Assembly (NCBI RefSeq): GCF_000143415.4
Contig: NW_003314324.1
Span: 819,379-883,378, forward strand
DNA: 64,000 bases
Source of the DNA: Selaginella moellendorffii
Taxonomy: Eukaryota; Plantae; Lycopodiophyta
Reading direction: 5' to 3'
Part shown: one piece after another, positions 62,081 to 64,000 of the stretch
How the letters are laid out: each line of letters starts with the position of its first letter
Position numbering within the stretch: position 1 is the stretch's first letter
Position numbers and translations under genes: made by a program
Notes under the pieces: model-generated
Databases searched by the model: none
Told to the model about the DNA's origin: nothing
Seen by the model: the letters and a program-made list of their open reading frames with translations, nothing else

Positions 62081-63791
62081 TCATTTCGCCATAGCCCGGA
62101 ATCTGTAGCAGCGGACACACACAAGAAACAAGCCAAGATCAGTGGCGACGAGCGCCGCCAAGAGCCAGAAGAAGTAGTCCATATGGTGATCGATCCAGCT
62201 CCCGCGTCCGCCACCCTTGCTCGTGATCTTCTCCACCGCAGCAACAAGAACACTACTGAGATAACTCCCTAAAGCATTTGTAGCGAGCGACAGCGCACCG
62301 ATCAAACTCCGCATTGCCTCGGGGGACTCCTCGTTGAAGAACTCGGTCCTCCCGGCAAACGCAAACACTCCAGCGGTGCCCACTAGAAAATACTGTGGCA
62401 CCTGCCAGAGTATACTCACCTGGTGAACCATTGCGTGCGTTTCCACCACCCCCGCCACAACCATGGCCACCATCGCCAGTAAAAGCCCCAGGCCCATCCT
62501 TTGCAAGCCGGTCAACCCACTCTGTTGACCGGCCAACCTGCGAAGAACTGGGACGAGAAGCCTCTCGTAGAGCGGCACTGTGAGAATGACGGCGATGGTG
62601 TCAAATGCTGCGAGCGATGCCGGGGGGACTTTGAAGCCGGATATGCGGTTGCGCATTTCTTGCCCCTGCTGCACGAACAGCGTCGAGGTCTGAATGAAAA
62701 CGGTGGAGAAGATGATGCTCGTCGCCCACACTGGCATCAAGCGCAGGATGATCTTCACCTCCTCGATCTGCGTTACCGTGCATAACCTCCATCCCGTCGG
62801 TGGTGAGTTCCCAAACGCTGTTTGCTCATCGCGAGCGATGGCTGCCGCCTTGTCGAGAAATCCAAATCCAGCAGTGTGCTGAATCTGCTGACTTCCTGGA
62901 ATGCTGGAACTCTCCCCTTGTAGCTCATAGAGGGTTGCATTTGCATGCTCGACTTCTATCCTTGCACTTCTGTTTCTGGCAGCGGCAACGAAAACTTGTG
63001 CCACCCTGGTTAGCGGGCTCCCACCCGGTTGCTTGTGCTTGTACCGCGGCCAGCCCATGAGAAAGATCATGGCGGACGCCGTGACCGCCACTGTGGGGAT
63101 GGCGAACCCGAGCGGCCAGCTTACTTCCTGCTGGACATATACCAGAGCTGTTCCCGCAATCAGACCTCCGATGTTGGTGAAGAAGTAGCTCCAGTTGAAG
63201 AAGCTGGCCTTGTTGCTTGCTGGATCATCAGACTCTTCCAGTTGAAAAGCACCGAATGATGAAATGCAAGACCTTGGTCCACCGGATCCCACGGCTATGA
63301 CGTATAACGCTGTGTAAAGCAAGGCCGGGTTTACTGTTTTGCTGCAAGTATGTGATCCAGTGCTATGGCATGTAGGGTGTAGCAAAGTTGACAAGGTTAG
63401 CAAGATCATACCCTGTGAGTGTAAGGTTGGGCAAAGGTGAGTCTAGAGTGTCTGTGTTTCTTACCGGCAAGTAGATACCGAAAAAGGCGTTGATCGTCCG
63501 AAACTGGCCGAGGTAAGAGTCTGCAAGGAATCCACCCAGTAGAGGGGTAAGATTACAGGTTCCCATCCAGTTTGAGACTGCGTTTGCCGCACTGGCTCTG
63601 GATACGTGAAGCTTGCTAGACATGTAAATCACCATGTTTGCTACAATGCCGTAGTATGCGAGCCGTTCCATGGAGAGAGAAACTAGAAACGCAGAGAAAT
63701 TAAGAAAGCCATTCAATCCTTATGGGAAACGAAGCGTACCAAGGATGAATTTGCAAGCCCACCATCCAGCAGCTCCATGGTGGATGATCAT
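62081..63791 (-). CDS. NPF/PTR (POT) transporter, NPF8/PTR-like, intact, 3 exons
   Basis: GWWACKFILVSLSMERLAYYG, W.GT...PLLGGFLADSYLG, SFFNW, PGGSPLTRVAQV, WRLCTVTQIEEVK, LQRMGLG, PQYFLVG, EFF..ESP.AMRS, DYFFWLLA; GT-AG introns in frame. Confidence 0.9.
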
Positions 63792-64000
63792 TTAGGATAA
63801 ACAAAGCTATCGTAAGAACCCTAAGAACATAAAATCTTCTGCTCAGCTATTCTAAGTCTAGTCCGGTGGTTTTCGGATTCAACGAAGTAGCAAAATTCAA
63901 TTTTGCGCAATAGATTGTCCTCTTAGAGGCTTGAACCACAGGACTGCCGCCTCGTCTTCCTTCCTGAAGAGCCTAACACCGTGGAAGCCAACGTTCAGAA

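Larger units (their letters stand above)
41686..64000. repeat. ~11 kb tandem segmental duplication (41686-~53100 vs ~53110-64000+); each half holds two BAHD-GGH-NPF-derived subunits
   Basis: Spacer 41690-42370 recurs at 53115-53760, 43960-45540 recurs at 55280-56880, and 46620-52850 recurs at 57868-63875; offset is about 11.0-11.4 kb. Confidence 0.92.

Overview
Compact plant nuclear DNA, most likely the lycophyte Selaginella (inferred from 45-70 nt introns, very high gene density and intronless PLS-type PPR genes built from long runs of S motifs). It has three zones. (1) 1-32.4 kb: about 17 tightly packed conserved genes: alkaline/neutral invertase, Ole e 1-domain protein, AP-3 mu, UPL6, COX6B, TOP1, class I RSL bHLH, two PPR-E genes, class III peroxidase, a Met-Cys-initiated ERF-VII-like factor, WDR74, PHF5A, a 47-aa wound-induced basic protein, a coiled-coil protein and COX5B. 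Several pairs are head-to-head. (2) 32.4-41.7 kb: gene-free transposon debris with a Copia remnant, a ~6.2 kb block flanked by ~200-bp inverted repeats, and minisatellites. (3) 41.7-64 kb: a nested tandem array of a co-oriented NPF/PTR transporter - gamma-glutamyl hydrolase (GGH) - BAHD acyltransferase module. Every BAHD copy has the catalytic His of HXXXD replaced by Glu and uses a GC-AG intron. The NPF lacks the first Glu of ExxER. A tRNA-Glu(UUC)-like sequence lies 46 bp after the GGH stop. Three BAHDs but only one GGH and one NPF remain intact. This array is the best candidate for an undescribed metabolic gene cluster. It also contains a Merlin/IS1595-type transposase fossil and two micro-inversions. 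All calls come from reading the sequence and recalling family motifs; no searches were run.
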